Origin: Geosiphon pyriformis uo1
Taxonomy: Eukaryota; Fungi; Glomeromycota
DNA: 64,000 bases
Direction of reading: 5' to 3'
Assembly: GCA_016748015.1 (NCBI GenBank)
Contig: JAAOMT010000129.1
Span: 434,001-498,000, forward strand
Positions 51,934 through 64,000 of the stretch are shown one piece after another. Within the stretch, counting starts at the first letter, position 1. Every line of letters begins with the position of its first letter. Position numbers and translations under genes: made by a program. The notes under the pieces are model-generated. The model made no database searches, was not told where the DNA came from, and worked only from the letters and a program-made list of their open reading frames with translations.

Positions 51934-52903
51934 TGTTACTGAAGGTTTTTGGTTTTTTTTTTTGAATATTGTTAATGCCTGTTGGTTGTGAATTCACGTT
52001 TTTTGGATGTAGTTGGACTTCTGATAACTGAATTTATCTTCAAATTATCTCTTATAATTTGAACTACTGAACTTATAAGTAGAATGGCCAATTCTATGCC
52101 AGTTATTTTATGTAGTTACATTGTAGTAAATATTAACTTTTTTCCAGAAATTGCTCATCTGAAAGCTTACTAAAAATGTGTAGTTACTCTGCTATGAAAG
52201 TCAACTCTTTTACAGGAATTTTATCTGTAGACTATCTCTAATGATTATAATAAGAAAAGAAAAAAAAAATAAAAGAAATATAAAAGAAATAGAATTTTGT
52301 TAAGAGAAACGTTTTTTATCCAGGCCTGGAGTGACTAACAGATTTATTGAAATTGGTAGCTAATCAATTTCAAAATGTTAGTTGTGTTAAGGGAATTTCA
52401 AGTATAATAATTTTAAAGATTTGGTTTTCAAATATTTTAATTTTTATTTGATTTTGTAAAAGTGTATAAGAAATAATTTGTTTTAATTAAGATATTTAAA
52501 GTAAGATATTATGATAAGATACATTTTTTTGAAGAAAAAAGCTCTTCTTTTATACAACTTGTTGTAGTACTAGTTTTTGAACTTGCACTTTTCTCTTTGC
52601 TCTAATTTTGGCAAACTAGAGATACATTTTGGCAAATTACAAATATTTCCACAAATTATTGATTATTTCGGACAATTTCTGCTAATTTCGATGAATTTTT
52701 GAATATTAAATGGTTCAGAGTATTGTGTAATTTGATCATCTTAATTTCTATGATACAAATCGAATTATTAATTAAATAATAATATTAAATAATTTGATTA
52801 ACTAATAAGTGATAATTGAAATAATAATAATATATACTAATTAATAATAAGAATTATGAAGGTAATTTCATGCTAATTAATAATTAAAATTCTACTGGTA
52901 ATA
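51934..52903. repeat. Solo LTR nested at the RT/RNase H junction, related to the 48308-49278 LTR
   Basis: TGTTACTG...GGTAATA termini; removing it restores YSDFNKQFQLATNA; flanks CTAG/CTGA are consistent with a mutated 4-bp CTGG duplication. Confidence 0.85.
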
Positions 52904-54862
52904 CTGAAATTGTTTATTGAAATCTGAATAAGCAAAAATTAGAGCTATTATTAAGTTTTTTTTGAGAATATCAAAGGCTTTTTGTTATGTTAAAGTCTAT
53001 TAATATTTTATATTTTTATTGGTCAAATAGTTAAGTGATTTGGCAATTTCAAAAAAATTTTTAATAAATTTTTAATAATAAAAGGCTAATTTAGTAAATT
53101 TTTTCAATTTGGTAGTATTTTGAGAAACTTTAAAGTTTTGTACTACACTAATTTTTTTTGGATTTGGTTTAATTTTATTTTTGTTAATAATATAACCAAA
53201 AAAGACCAAATTTGTTTTTTCAAAATAACATTTAGCAATATTTAATTTTAATTCTGCTTTTTATAATCATTAAAAAACTTCTTACAGATAAATTAAATAA
53301 ACTTTAAAAGTTGAGAAGTAAACATTAGTATTGTTTAAGTAAACAACTATTAATTATTATAAAAGTCTTATATATATAATATCCATAAGTTACTAAAATA
53401 TTGCTGGTATATTATAGAGTTTGAAAAGCATTATATTAAACTTATAGTTTTTTTTTAAGTAATAAAAACTGTTTGGACTAATTCTTGGGGTTTATTTTAA
53501 CTTGTTAGTATTTGTTTTCCAAGTTTAAAGTTAAAAAATACTTGGTTTTTTTTAAAGTGTTTAACATATTGTCAATTTTTGGTAACAAGTAAATATTTCT
53601 AATTGTAATACTATTTAATTAACAATAATTTACACAAAATCATATTTTGCTATTTTTTTTTAATGAAAACAACAGGTAATGCTTAAAAACTTTTTTAATA
53701 ATTAAATAAATCTATTATTAAGTATCTATTGAATTTTTTCTTTAAATAATATTAGTCTTTTCTAAACTATTGTTGTTTTTAACAAATATATTAACATATT
53801 TTATAAAAAGTTGTTTTAATTATCTTTGTTGTTGGAATTTTAAGAAACTTATGTCAATTTTTTCTATTTTTTTTAACTAAATAATATTTTTTAATATATG
53901 ATATAATATTTAAATTAGAAAAAAGAATATGTTTCAAAATTCCAATAAAATTAAAAACAATTTAAGAGACTTTATCTTGGAAAATATTACTATGTATAAT
54001 TTTGATTTTTAAATTATTTAATAAAATAATCAGATATTTATTAAAGTTATAGAATATAACTCAAAACTTTTTTGTTTTTTTAAAAATATAAACATTTAAA
54101 ATTGCAATTTTGTGTTTTATGTAAATTTGTTTATTTGATTCAAAAATTTGTTGTATGATAATAAGTTTTAAGTAGATGTAAATTTTGTAATGTTTTCTAA
54201 AAGATAAAATAATAATTGGTTAAAAAAATCAAAAAATCTGGTAAAGTTTATTTTTTGTATTAAGAATTATGTTTAATAAAACTGTAAATTGCTCAATTAA
54301 ACCAAAATTTTGTATTTTTTTGTTATTTTTATCTAGTTGTTTTTTATTGTTTACTAATTATAAACTTAAAATATTGATTAAGAATAGATAAATGACTTGG
54401 GCAATTTTTTTAACATGTTTAATTTTGAAAAGTTTGTTTGTTTTATTTTGTAGCATGATTGTAATATTTCTAATGTATTTTGTATTTATAATTTCTTTTC
54501 TAATATTGATTTTTTTGCTTGCCAATAATAATTGTAAAGTAATTTGTATTATTACTTTTAGTAAATTTTAAAAACAATTTTAAAATTGATCTTAATTAAA
54601 AATTTTAATTAAAAAACCAAAGTATTTTTTTTAGTTATATTTAGCATCAATATCATAAGCTTTTTTTGACTTAATTTCTTGATTATTATTATTAAAGTAT
54701 TTGAATTACAATGCTAGTTAATTTTTGATTAAATAAATTAGTATTGTTAATAGTTTTTTTTCTGATTTAGGTTTTTCAAATTTAATTTTGTATTTGTCAT
54801 TTTCAATAGATAATAGTATGCTAAAAATGTAGTATTTTAAATATTATTAATCATTATAATAT

Positions 54863-55669
54863 TGTTACAGATAATTATTTGAGGTGTTAATACAAATAAC
54901 AAACTCATAACTTAGTACTCAATAGCTTAATAATGTTAATAATTTCTGAAGATTTTGAAGTCTGAAAGTTTTGGTTAAGTCTTTTGTATAATAAACAAAA
55001 ATTCAATTGATAGTTTCTTTCATGAATTTTTTTTTTAATATGGTAGCTGGTTTAATTTAGCAATTATGTTTTTTTAATAAGCTATCCTCAATTTTCAAGT
55101 TTCTATCTTTGTTTCATAAGTCTTTTACCAGTTTTTTTTAATGTTAATAACTTAGTGCTTAATTTTTTTAATTAATTAGTAAACAACAATAAAATGAAAC
55201 AAAAAAAATAAAAAAATAAAAAATTAGTATTTCATTAATAGCCATAATTAAAAGTTATTGTTTCAGTGTGGTTAAGTATTGAATTCTATCAACATAGAGT
55301 ATTAATAGTAGCAAAAATGATTAATATTCTTAATCAAGTAATAATAACATGAATTCAATAATAATAGATAATTTTATTAATATAGAAATAATTTTACTTT
55401 AAATTATAAAAAACTATCTTTTAAAAGAAAAATATTGTTTTAAATTAATTTGAAACTCTATTGAATTCTTCTGAAATTACTTTTTTTGCTTTTACTATTC
55501 TTATTATATATATATAATTTATGTTATATAAGATTTCTTGGATTTTTTTAATTCTTCTAGCCAAAAATTTTGAAATTCCTGGAATTTTGTAATTCTTTTT
55601 TTATTATGCTTATTTCTAATTGGCTATTTTATATTCTTATTAAGAATTTCTAAATTTTTATAAATAATA
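54863..55669. repeat. Solo LTR of the 10652-11578 family
   Basis: Starts TGTTACAGATAATTATTTGAG; colinear similarity to 10652-11578. Confidence 0.82.
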
Positions 55670-58442
55670 ATGGTTAATTTAAAGTGTTTTTTTTTGTTTT
55701 TGTTTTTCAGCTTCTGGTTTTAATTCTAAATTAAAAAAAATTTAAATTGTATTGGGTATTTTTTTTTACAATACTGAATAATACTGTAGTTAAGTTTCTG
55801 AAAGTATGTGTAAAAAGTTTTGTTGTTGCAATTTTTAGTGTTTACATAAAAATAATATAGTAGATTTTTTAAAGATTATTTTTAATTTTTAAAATATTGA
55901 GTCTCCAAAAAAATAATTTTTAATGTGATTTTTAATGTATTAATAAAGTGTTTTTTTAAAAATTTTAATTCTATTTTGAATGTTAAATCTTTGTTTACAG
56001 TAGATGTAAACTGATTGATAATACTTTAGAGTAGTTGTGTCTGTTAAAGTCACTATTTTAAAATTGTTGTTGTGTTAATCTATAAAAAGCACTAAATATT
56101 ATTGGAGATTTTTGGTTTTTTTTTTAATGTTGTTGTTATTGCTTTGTTGTTAATTTTTTATTATTGAAAGTTATTAAATCTTTGATAATTAAATTTATCT
56201 TTAAATTATCTTTTATAATTTAAATTGCTAAGCTTAAAAGTAAAATAATTAATTTTATGTTAGTTACTTATATAATTATTTTGTAGTAAAAATTAACTTT
56301 TTTTTAGGAAATACTTATTTAAAGCTTACTAAAATATGTAATTATTTTGCTGTAAAAGTCAATTTTTTTACAGAAATTTTGTCTGTAAGCTAGTTATTAT
56401 TATTAATTTTTTAATTAGTTTTTATTTGATTTTTTAAAATTTAAATTAAATATTTTAGCTTTAATAATTAAGTTTATTATTAAACCAATTAATATTTAAT
56501 TATTTTGGTTAAATAATTCTTCTGTTTTGTATAAAAAGCTTAAAAATATAATTATTATTATTTAAAGTAAAATATTTGCTTTTATTAAAACTTTAAATAA
56601 AATTAGCATAAAATAATTAAAGTTAAAATTAAATATAATATTATAATTAATTATATAAAAATTTTTAATAATACTTTTAATAAAAATATTTATACATAAT
56701 TGTTGATTTTTTAAAAGCATTAATTAATTAATATCAAGTTAAATACAAATAAAATTATTAAATAATTAAGGAATATTATTATAAATAATATTTTTTGGTT
56801 GTAATTATACATAAAATATCTTTTCAAAATAAGTTTTTTTTATAAATTTAATATAATTTAATTTAAATTAAATTTGTGTTTAATTATATAAAAAAATTAC
56901 ATAAACTGTATTTAATTTAAATTACTTAATTTAATATATTATATTAAATAATAATTAAAATATATATTATTATTAAGTTTAATAAGTGCAGTTCAATTAC
57001 TATTTAGTATATAAAACTAAGAGCTATATATTAAATAATAATTAAATTATATATTAAAAAAAACAATAAAAACATAAAATTTTTTTTTTATATTTTTTAT
57101 AATTATAATTAAAAAAATAAAACAGTTGTAAATACTATTTTTTTTATAATAATTAATAAAGTTTTAATATAAAAAATATTTTTTATTATAGAAATAATTA
57201 AACAAAATATTTTAAAAATATTTTTTTTAAATATTAAAAATATAAAACTACATTTTTTAAAACATTTTTTTTAAATAATGGTTTTTTTAATCAAAATTTT
57301 TTTTAAAAACCAGATTATAATTAATTTTAATATTGTTTTTGTTTTTTTTAAAAACTTAAAAATTCTTAATAATAAATTAATTAACAAGTTTAATTTTTTT
57401 GGTTATTATTATTATTTAATATATTATTAAAATACAAATAATTCAAAAAACAGTAGTTGCTTTTTTTTGCTATTGTTATATTAAATTTTTTGTAGTTTTA
57501 TATAAAATCTTGTTTAAAATTTTTTTAACAATAATTATTATTTTTAATATAAATAATAATAATAATAATCTATTTTTTAAGATTAATTACTAATTATATT
57601 GTTTAAAGTAGTGTTTTTTAACAAATTTTTATTGGGTTTAAAAATAAGATAAAACAAATCATGCTTTTAAATATGTTTTTAATTAATATTTATTAAATTA
57701 CTTAATCTTAAGAATTAAACTAATTAAATAAAAACCAAATTAAATTTTTTTTGTTTTTTGGTGTTGTCTTTAATAATATTTAAAAAACAATTTTTAGTTA
57801 TTAAAAATTCTCTAAATAAATGGTTTTTACTTTAGTGTTTGGTATTATACTTAAGATTAAATTAAATTTTATTAATTTTTTGTTTTATTTATTGTTTAAT
57901 TTTATTAAATTTAAGTTAATTTTAAATAATAATATTAAGTTGGTTTGTGTAAATTTTGTTTTTTAAATTTTTTTAGAAATTGTTATTAAATTATTATTAG
58001 TAATTTTGTTTTTTTAATTATTTTTAAAATTATAAAATTTTTTGTAATAATCTTTGTTTTTTTTTGGTATATTTTTTAATAATATTAAAAATGCTTTTGG
58101 TGTTTTTAGTAAAGTTTTTTTATTAAATTAAAGTATTTTAACTTGTAATAAAATGTTGTTATTTGTTTTAAAAAAAATTTTATTATTGTTATTATTCTTA
58201 TTTACTAGTTTATATTAATAAAAAAACACTATTAAGATTTTTTTTGCTTAATTAAAAAAAAATTATTATTTTAAAAAATATTTTTAAACCAAATTAATCA
58301 ATTTTTTTGGTTATATAATCTTTAAAATTAATAATTTGATTTTTTAAATTAATCATTAATTCTGTTTTATTGTTATTAATATTTTATTGTAATTTTTGAT
58401 TTTTTAAAAATTATAAATTTTACTGTTTTGAAAATTAATATT

Positions 58443-60331
58443 TTGTTTTTTTTTTTTTTATTATACTTAATGAGTAAAGTTCACATACTATCTAGAACTA
58501 TACATCAAAAAAATAATCTAAACTAGGCGTAAATCATGCGTTTTCTACACATAACCAGCCATTTGAACCAGTCAGGACAACATTATGCTGTAATAACTAC
58601 AGAAATTGAGGAATCTATACCAGAAAAGAATAAACAGTGTTTATGAAAACCAAAACAGACCCTAAAAGCTTCAGACATCCTAAGCAATTTAACCACACCA
58701 GTAGAAAACTTCAAAGCTAAACCAAAAATTGAGATGGGAACAAAGCCATCCACAGAGATCAGCTCATGTTTCTTCATGAAGGCATGATGTTTAGCACAGA
58801 CCAATCAAATGTCATCTCTAAAAGCAAGACAAAAAGAATGTGCAAAATCAGTAATTCTGACACCAGCAACCTTGGGATTATGGAAGACAGAAACAGCTTC
58901 TGAGAACCATCCATTAAAAACAAAACTCTTAAACAGAGCTAATGACACTGAGAAATCTGGAGTGCAGGTTAACAACAACTACAACACACATGAGGAGGAA
59001 AGAGAGAGACCCAAAAGTCTTTTCCAAGATAACATACCAGAATTCAAAATCTGGCAACAAGCTGAGCTATTGACTGCATAAGAAAAAACATGATCCGAAA
59101 TCTCTACCTCCCCACAATACAAACACAAAACACTAGGATAACATTTATCATAAAGACACTTCCAAACTGCTATGGGAAGCCAATAGTACAAAGCCTTTAT
59201 GAAATAGGTATAAGAATTAGCAATGCACCTACTGGTAAAGTCTGTGGCCATGTACAAGTCAGAATGTTACATCCAAGAAGATCTGAGCCAATCAACATCT
59301 GAAAGCAAACCATTCACCAAAAAGCTGGAACCAAAATCAACTTCCCAATGCACATGACAGACAGCTTGAAAAACATCCTGAACAAAGTGTCTAGAATTAC
59401 CTGAAACTATATCACCATCTGCTACCAAAAAATGTTCACTCACACGAGAAAGAAGGAACCAACCAGAAAGAAAAACAGCATCAGTAAGATTGTCAACACA
59501 TTCATTCTCCAAAATCTCAGCGTGGCCTTTCACCTTGTGCCAGCTAACTTTCAAATCCTTGCCACGAATGACATTCCTAATGTGTCAATGCTCAACTCAA
59601 CACCGATTGCGAAAGTCAGAACACATCAGATCCAATTCTGATTTGCAAGCATCCAAAGCAGCTTAACTATCCAAAAACAAGCAAACAGAGTGCGACTTTG
59701 GTATACACTCCAGAGCTAAAACAATGGCCTGCAACTTCACCAAAGTAGATGAAACCAAACCACAAACACTAACATCTAAACCCAAATTAATGTCCTCAAA
59801 AAAAGCTGCAGCACCATCTTGACAATTCAGCATGCCCAAATTTTTCAAAGAACCATCTGTATAAACAGACAAACTACCAAAACCAACTTGAGAGAGATGA
59901 TTTTTAACAGACACAAAATCACTAGACTTACAAATATTTAGAGAGCTAACACTGATTAAAGCCAAAAAAGAGGGGGGCAAACCACCAAGAAATGCAACAG
60001 AAAGCTTGAACCATTCAGGAACTGGGCCACGAGAGTCCAGTTTCTTCTACTACTTAAAGATGTACTAGTTGAAGACATCTCCATGATGATTACAAAGCTG
60101 ATCCACAAAGGCAATGTCATAATGTTGGAAGGAAGACAAGAATTTGAAAAACAAAGATTTACTCAGAACAGTAGACATAGGCACCCCATTATGAAGCCGA
60201 AAAAAGCTAGCCAAAGAGCCACCCAAGAATAAATTACAGTCAAAAAGAATGCGAACTACACCTAACAAAAAATTATTGGAAGCACTAACACAGACATGAG
60301 CCGGAAAATTCAATGGATGGATGGGGTGCCA
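58443..60331 (-). mobile_element. 5'-truncated LINE (RNase H, zinc motif, 3' UTR, A-tail)
   Basis: VYTDGSL, KVKGHAEILENECVD, CLYCGEVEISDHVF; 3' UTR matches 37924-38038; poly(T) on the plus strand at about 58445-58460. Confidence 0.9.
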
Positions 60332-60949
60332 AATATTTTGTTTAAGTATTATATTTAATAAAAAACTTTTAAATATTATTACTACTATAAATATTAAGAT
60401 TTAGATTATTGACTATAAATCATAAGATATATTTATTTTTTTTTTAAATTTCTGTTCAAATTTGTAAATAATTTTAAGATTTTTAAGTTATATACCAAAA
60501 TTTTTGTACTATTAACTCTTTTTATTGTTGTACTTTTAATTATTATTGTTGTTAATTTTGTAATTAGTTTTAAGTTAAATTTTTTGAAATAGCAAATTTT
60601 TAATTTGGCTATATTAATTAAGTTTATTATTAAACCAATTGGTTTTTTGATTATTTTAGTTACTTTTTTTTAATTGAAAATATGTGCAAAAATCTTAAAA
60701 TAAAAAAAGATTTGGTTATTATAAAATATATTACTAAAAGTTTTATTAATATTTTGACTAATTTAAATAATAATAAAATAAAAGCTGTTAAAATGTCTTT
60801 TTTAAGTAAATCAACCATTGAATATTTAATAACACTGCGATAAATAAGTAGTTTTGATGTTAAGAATAATATAAAAAACACTAAAGTGTTTTTAAGTTAA
60901 TTTGTTTTTGATAGTCAGTTGAATTTACTTCCAGTTTCTTTTGGTTCAG

Positions 60950-61095
60950 CTTAGTTAGTGTCTTGACTGACTTGGGTGGTTGGTTACATGTAGAAAACGC
61001 GTGATTCATGTCTAATTTAAGACTCTTGATGGTCGTATTGTATTAGATAGTGATTAGACTACACTTTGTTAAAACATAATAAAAAAAATAAAAAG
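60950..61095 (+). repeat. LINE 3' UTR plus A-rich tail
   Basis: GTGTCTTGACTGACTTGGGTGGTTGGTTACATGTAGAAAACGCGTGATTCATG... matches the reverse complement of 37924-38038 and 58470-58583. Confidence 0.8.
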
Positions 61096-61642
61096 CAGCT
61101 TAAAAACCAACTTAATAAAAGCTATTATCTACAATAGTTTTTTCTTTTTAAATTTACATTTTAAATACCATACATAAACAATTTTATTTTTATTAATTGT
61201 TTTATGGAATTCTCATTATTTAATACCATTTTTAATTAAGATGAATAATTACAATCAACCGTAATATTATTTTAATTCGAACCAAATTTTATAAAATATT
61301 TTTTAATATTGAAACAAGTCACACATTGTAAAAATTTTATTAAACTACCCATTAAAAAGTTTTATTGAGCAATAAATAAATATCTATACAATTATATTTA
61401 GAGCATTTCGTATGGTAAAGAAAATGCCTAACACAAAAAACGCTCGTGATAAAAAGCGATTTGTTAGTATGACGCCACCAGCTATTCTTAAAATAGCATG
61501 TGAAAATTGATCATATAAAAAGGGAAGTGACTTTCAAAAGTGGAAAGTTTATATTATTTCACAGTCCAAGATTTTCACAAGTTCACATTTAACCATTCCC
61601 TTTTGAATTGCTGATCTGTTTGTTCGTGACGCTCTGGTCAGA

Positions 61643-62254
61643 ATGGGCAATGTATGTGAGTCAAGTAAATAATTATAATCCAAACTTCCCAATATAATTT
61701 TTACTCTGAGATGTATACGCATGAAGATTATTCAAACATATTTCTGGGGTTAAACATAGGGGCAAAAAGCACAACATAAACGAGAACGGGCAGCCAAAGG
61801 TGGCTCTAAAGCCGGTTCTACTAGTCAGAAGAAAGTGGTAAGCTGTTTGAAATATTGTTTACGTTTTTAGGGTTTAATCAATGTTGGCTGTATAGACCGT
61901 CAAGCGAAATTATTTATTTTTTTAAGTTTTGAAAGCCTTTTTTGGAATGCTTAAAGTATTAATTTCTTAACTAATAATTGAATAATTTATTTAGAATGAG
62001 GCTGCAAAGACCATAATATGCCAAATTTGTCGTAATACCTTTTTGTGTACTGTCAGGACGAAAGCGTAAGATTCTGTTCACTTGGAGCTGTATAGATAGA
62101 TAATCAAATCTTCTACAAATCTCTCATACAAAATTTCCGCCTCGTTGCTAACTCAAAGCCTTTGTCTCTTAGTTTGAATGAACACGCAGAGAATAAGCAT
62201 AGCAAATCTTTGAATGATTGCTTTCCAGGGTTCGTGGAACTTCCCAAAGCTTAA
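61643..62254 (+). CDS. Small ZNF706/4F5(SERF)-like C2H2 zinc-finger protein (At2g23090-like), 79 aa; exons 61643-61651, 61760-61837, 61995-62065, 62173-62254 (not in the ORF track)
   Basis: Spliced translation MGNGQKAQHKRERAAKGGSKAGSTSQKKVNEAAKTIICQICRNTFLCTVRTKALNEHAENKHSKSLNDCFPGFVELPKA*; GT-AG introns in consistent phase. Confidence 0.88.
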
Positions 62255-62616
62255 TAGTATGAGAGTTAGAGCATATTAAGAGCTGCATCACCTGATTTCT
62301 GAATCATTGGGTTACATAATATTTCGGAATCAAACCATTCGAGATCGGACATTGAATATCAGATGGTGATTTTGTCTAAAATCATGAATTTATTGCTTAG
62401 CAAATTACATTATAAAATTATTAATCATAAAGGGAAATAAAAGCATATTAGATTAATTTGATGGAGACATCAAAAATTATGGATTGAGATGTGGTGATCA
62501 TTTGCTTGTCATGTTTCTTAACGCTTAACAAGTAAATTTGATTGACAAATATTATGAAAGATACCATTACATTAGATTGATGGTTCTGATTTTTTTATCT
62601 GGTTGAAACTTGATTA

Positions 62617-64000
62617 ATGGGCCACCTGATAACTGTTGCGACTTGCTCTTTGAACCAATGGGCTTTGGATTTCGAGGGAAACTTATCGAGGATCCTCGAA
62701 AGCATTCGTATTGCGAAAGAACAAGGAGCTAAAATAAGAGTTGGTCCTGAGCTAGAGATAACGTATTTTGCCGATATTTGTTACATAGCAATTGTCGAAA
62801 TTGTATTTTGATTTGCTGCGCCATTTTATACTTCTTACAGTGGATATGGATGTTTCGATCACTTTCTTGAAGGTCATCTTTCAAAAAATAATTCCTGAAT
62901 TGCGTTTAAACAGATGAAGCAATTAAATAACTTTGGGGATTACAGGAGATACTTATTTACACTCTTGGGAGATGATTGCCAAAATTTTGGAATCGAATGA
63001 TACACGAGATATCTTGCTTGATATTGGAATGTAAGTCACATTTGCCATTCATGGAAATTTTTACATGAAAACTTTTTAAAGTTTTCTCCCTGGTAATTTC
63101 AACGAAAAGGCCAGTAGCTCATAAAAATGTTAAATACAATTGCCGCCTGATCATTCTCAACGGTAAGATACTTTTAATCCGGCCGAAAATATATTTGGCA
63201 AATGATGGAAATTATCGTGAGTTGAGATACTTTGTCCCGTGGTCGAAACCGAGGCATGTTGAACAATATTATCTTCCTCGCATAATCAAGAATCTGACCG
63301 GTCAGGTATGCTTCTTGTTGATTATCTATGTGAGATTCTGTTTGAAATTTGAAATTTTGATTTTTTGGAATTATCTTAATCCTTTGTTTAGTCTACAGTT
63401 CCCATCGGCAATGCAGTGATTGCAACCCTCGACACGTGTGTCGGAATTGAGTTATGTGAAGAGCTTTTCACTCCGAATAGGTATCATTCTTCACACGTTC
63501 AATTTTGTATCCTTAATTATTTTAATAAATTAATCAATTTTTGTCCTTTTTGATCTAGTCCTCATATTGAAATGTGTCTAGATGGGGTTGAAATAATTAC
63601 AAATAGTAGTGGTAGTCATCATGAATTAAGAAAGCTTTATCGAAGGGTGGATTTGATCAAAGAGGCTACACTAAAGGTCACGATAAATCATTGCCTTATT
63701 TGAAAAAAAGCCTAAACTGTATTTCATTGATATTAAATTTTATCAATCAAAGAATGGAGGAGTTTATCTCTACGCAAATCAGCAAGGTTGTGATGGGGAT
63801 AGACTTTACTATGATGGTTGTGCTTTGATCGCTGTAAATGGTCGAATTGTTGCCCAGGGCTCGCAATTTTCACTGAAGGATGTCGTGAGTACACAAATCA
63901 CGCAATTTTACTGTTTTGCAATTATTTATACTTTTCATGGTTTAGGAAGTCATAACTGCTACTATTGACATGGAAGATATACGTTCTCATCGTAGCATCA
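62617..64000 (+). CDS. QNS1: Glutamine-dependent NAD+ synthetase, N-terminal glutaminase (nitrilase) domain; continues beyond the window
   Basis: [93 protein letters not shown]. Confidence 0.96.

Larger units (their letters stand above)
48308..56400 (-). mobile_element. Second, heavily decayed dUTPase-bearing Gypsy element with nested LTRs and an internal deletion
   Basis: LTR at 48308-49278 and truncated LTR from about 56097 preceded by a degenerate PBS (AAAAAGCACTAAA); integrase remnants at about 50300-51500, RH/RT at about 51500-53800, dUTPase at about 54300-54700 (INIRKEIINTKYIRNITIMLQN...KIAQVIYL...IQNFG). Confidence 0.78.

Noticed and set aside
61657-61663. TGAGTCA as a promoter site of the small zinc-finger gene
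   Set aside because: It lies inside intron 1, overlapping the donor region.

Overview
Eukaryotic (fungal) genomic DNA with short GT-AG introns. The repeat families and gene style suggest an early-diverging Mucoromycota/Glomeromycotina fungus; this is my inference, not verified. Two compact, CpG-retaining gene islands (about 20.2-29.3 kb: IMP1, WDR26/GID7, COX20, CCT4; about 61.4-64 kb: a small ZNF706/4F5-like zinc-finger gene and the 5' part of QNS1) sit between large blocks of nested, inactivated retrotransposons. The blocks contain a nearly complete minus-strand Ty3/Gypsy element (1-9821) with an unusual layout: gag-CCHC-protease-Cys-rich insert-dUTPase-RT-RNaseH-integrase-extra C-terminal region. 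They also hold a second, more decayed dUTPase-bearing Gypsy element (about 48.3-56.4 kb) with nested solo LTRs, two full-length RNase H-encoding LINEs in tandem (30.8-44.6 kb), and many LINE/LTR relics decayed to near-pure AT. Most notable: (1) transition-only, largely non-CpG C>T/G>A divergence between the paired LTRs (RIP-like); (2) a ~535-nt AUG-free leader holding a 151-codon open frame upstream of the first WDR26 AUG, suggesting non-AUG initiation; (3) dUTPase plus extra domains in the Gypsy elements; (4) an AUGA stop/start overlap coupling LINE ORF1 and ORF2; (5) IMP1 and COX20, two Cox2-maturation factors, lying about 4 kb apart. All domain calls are from motif recognition by eye; no searches were run.
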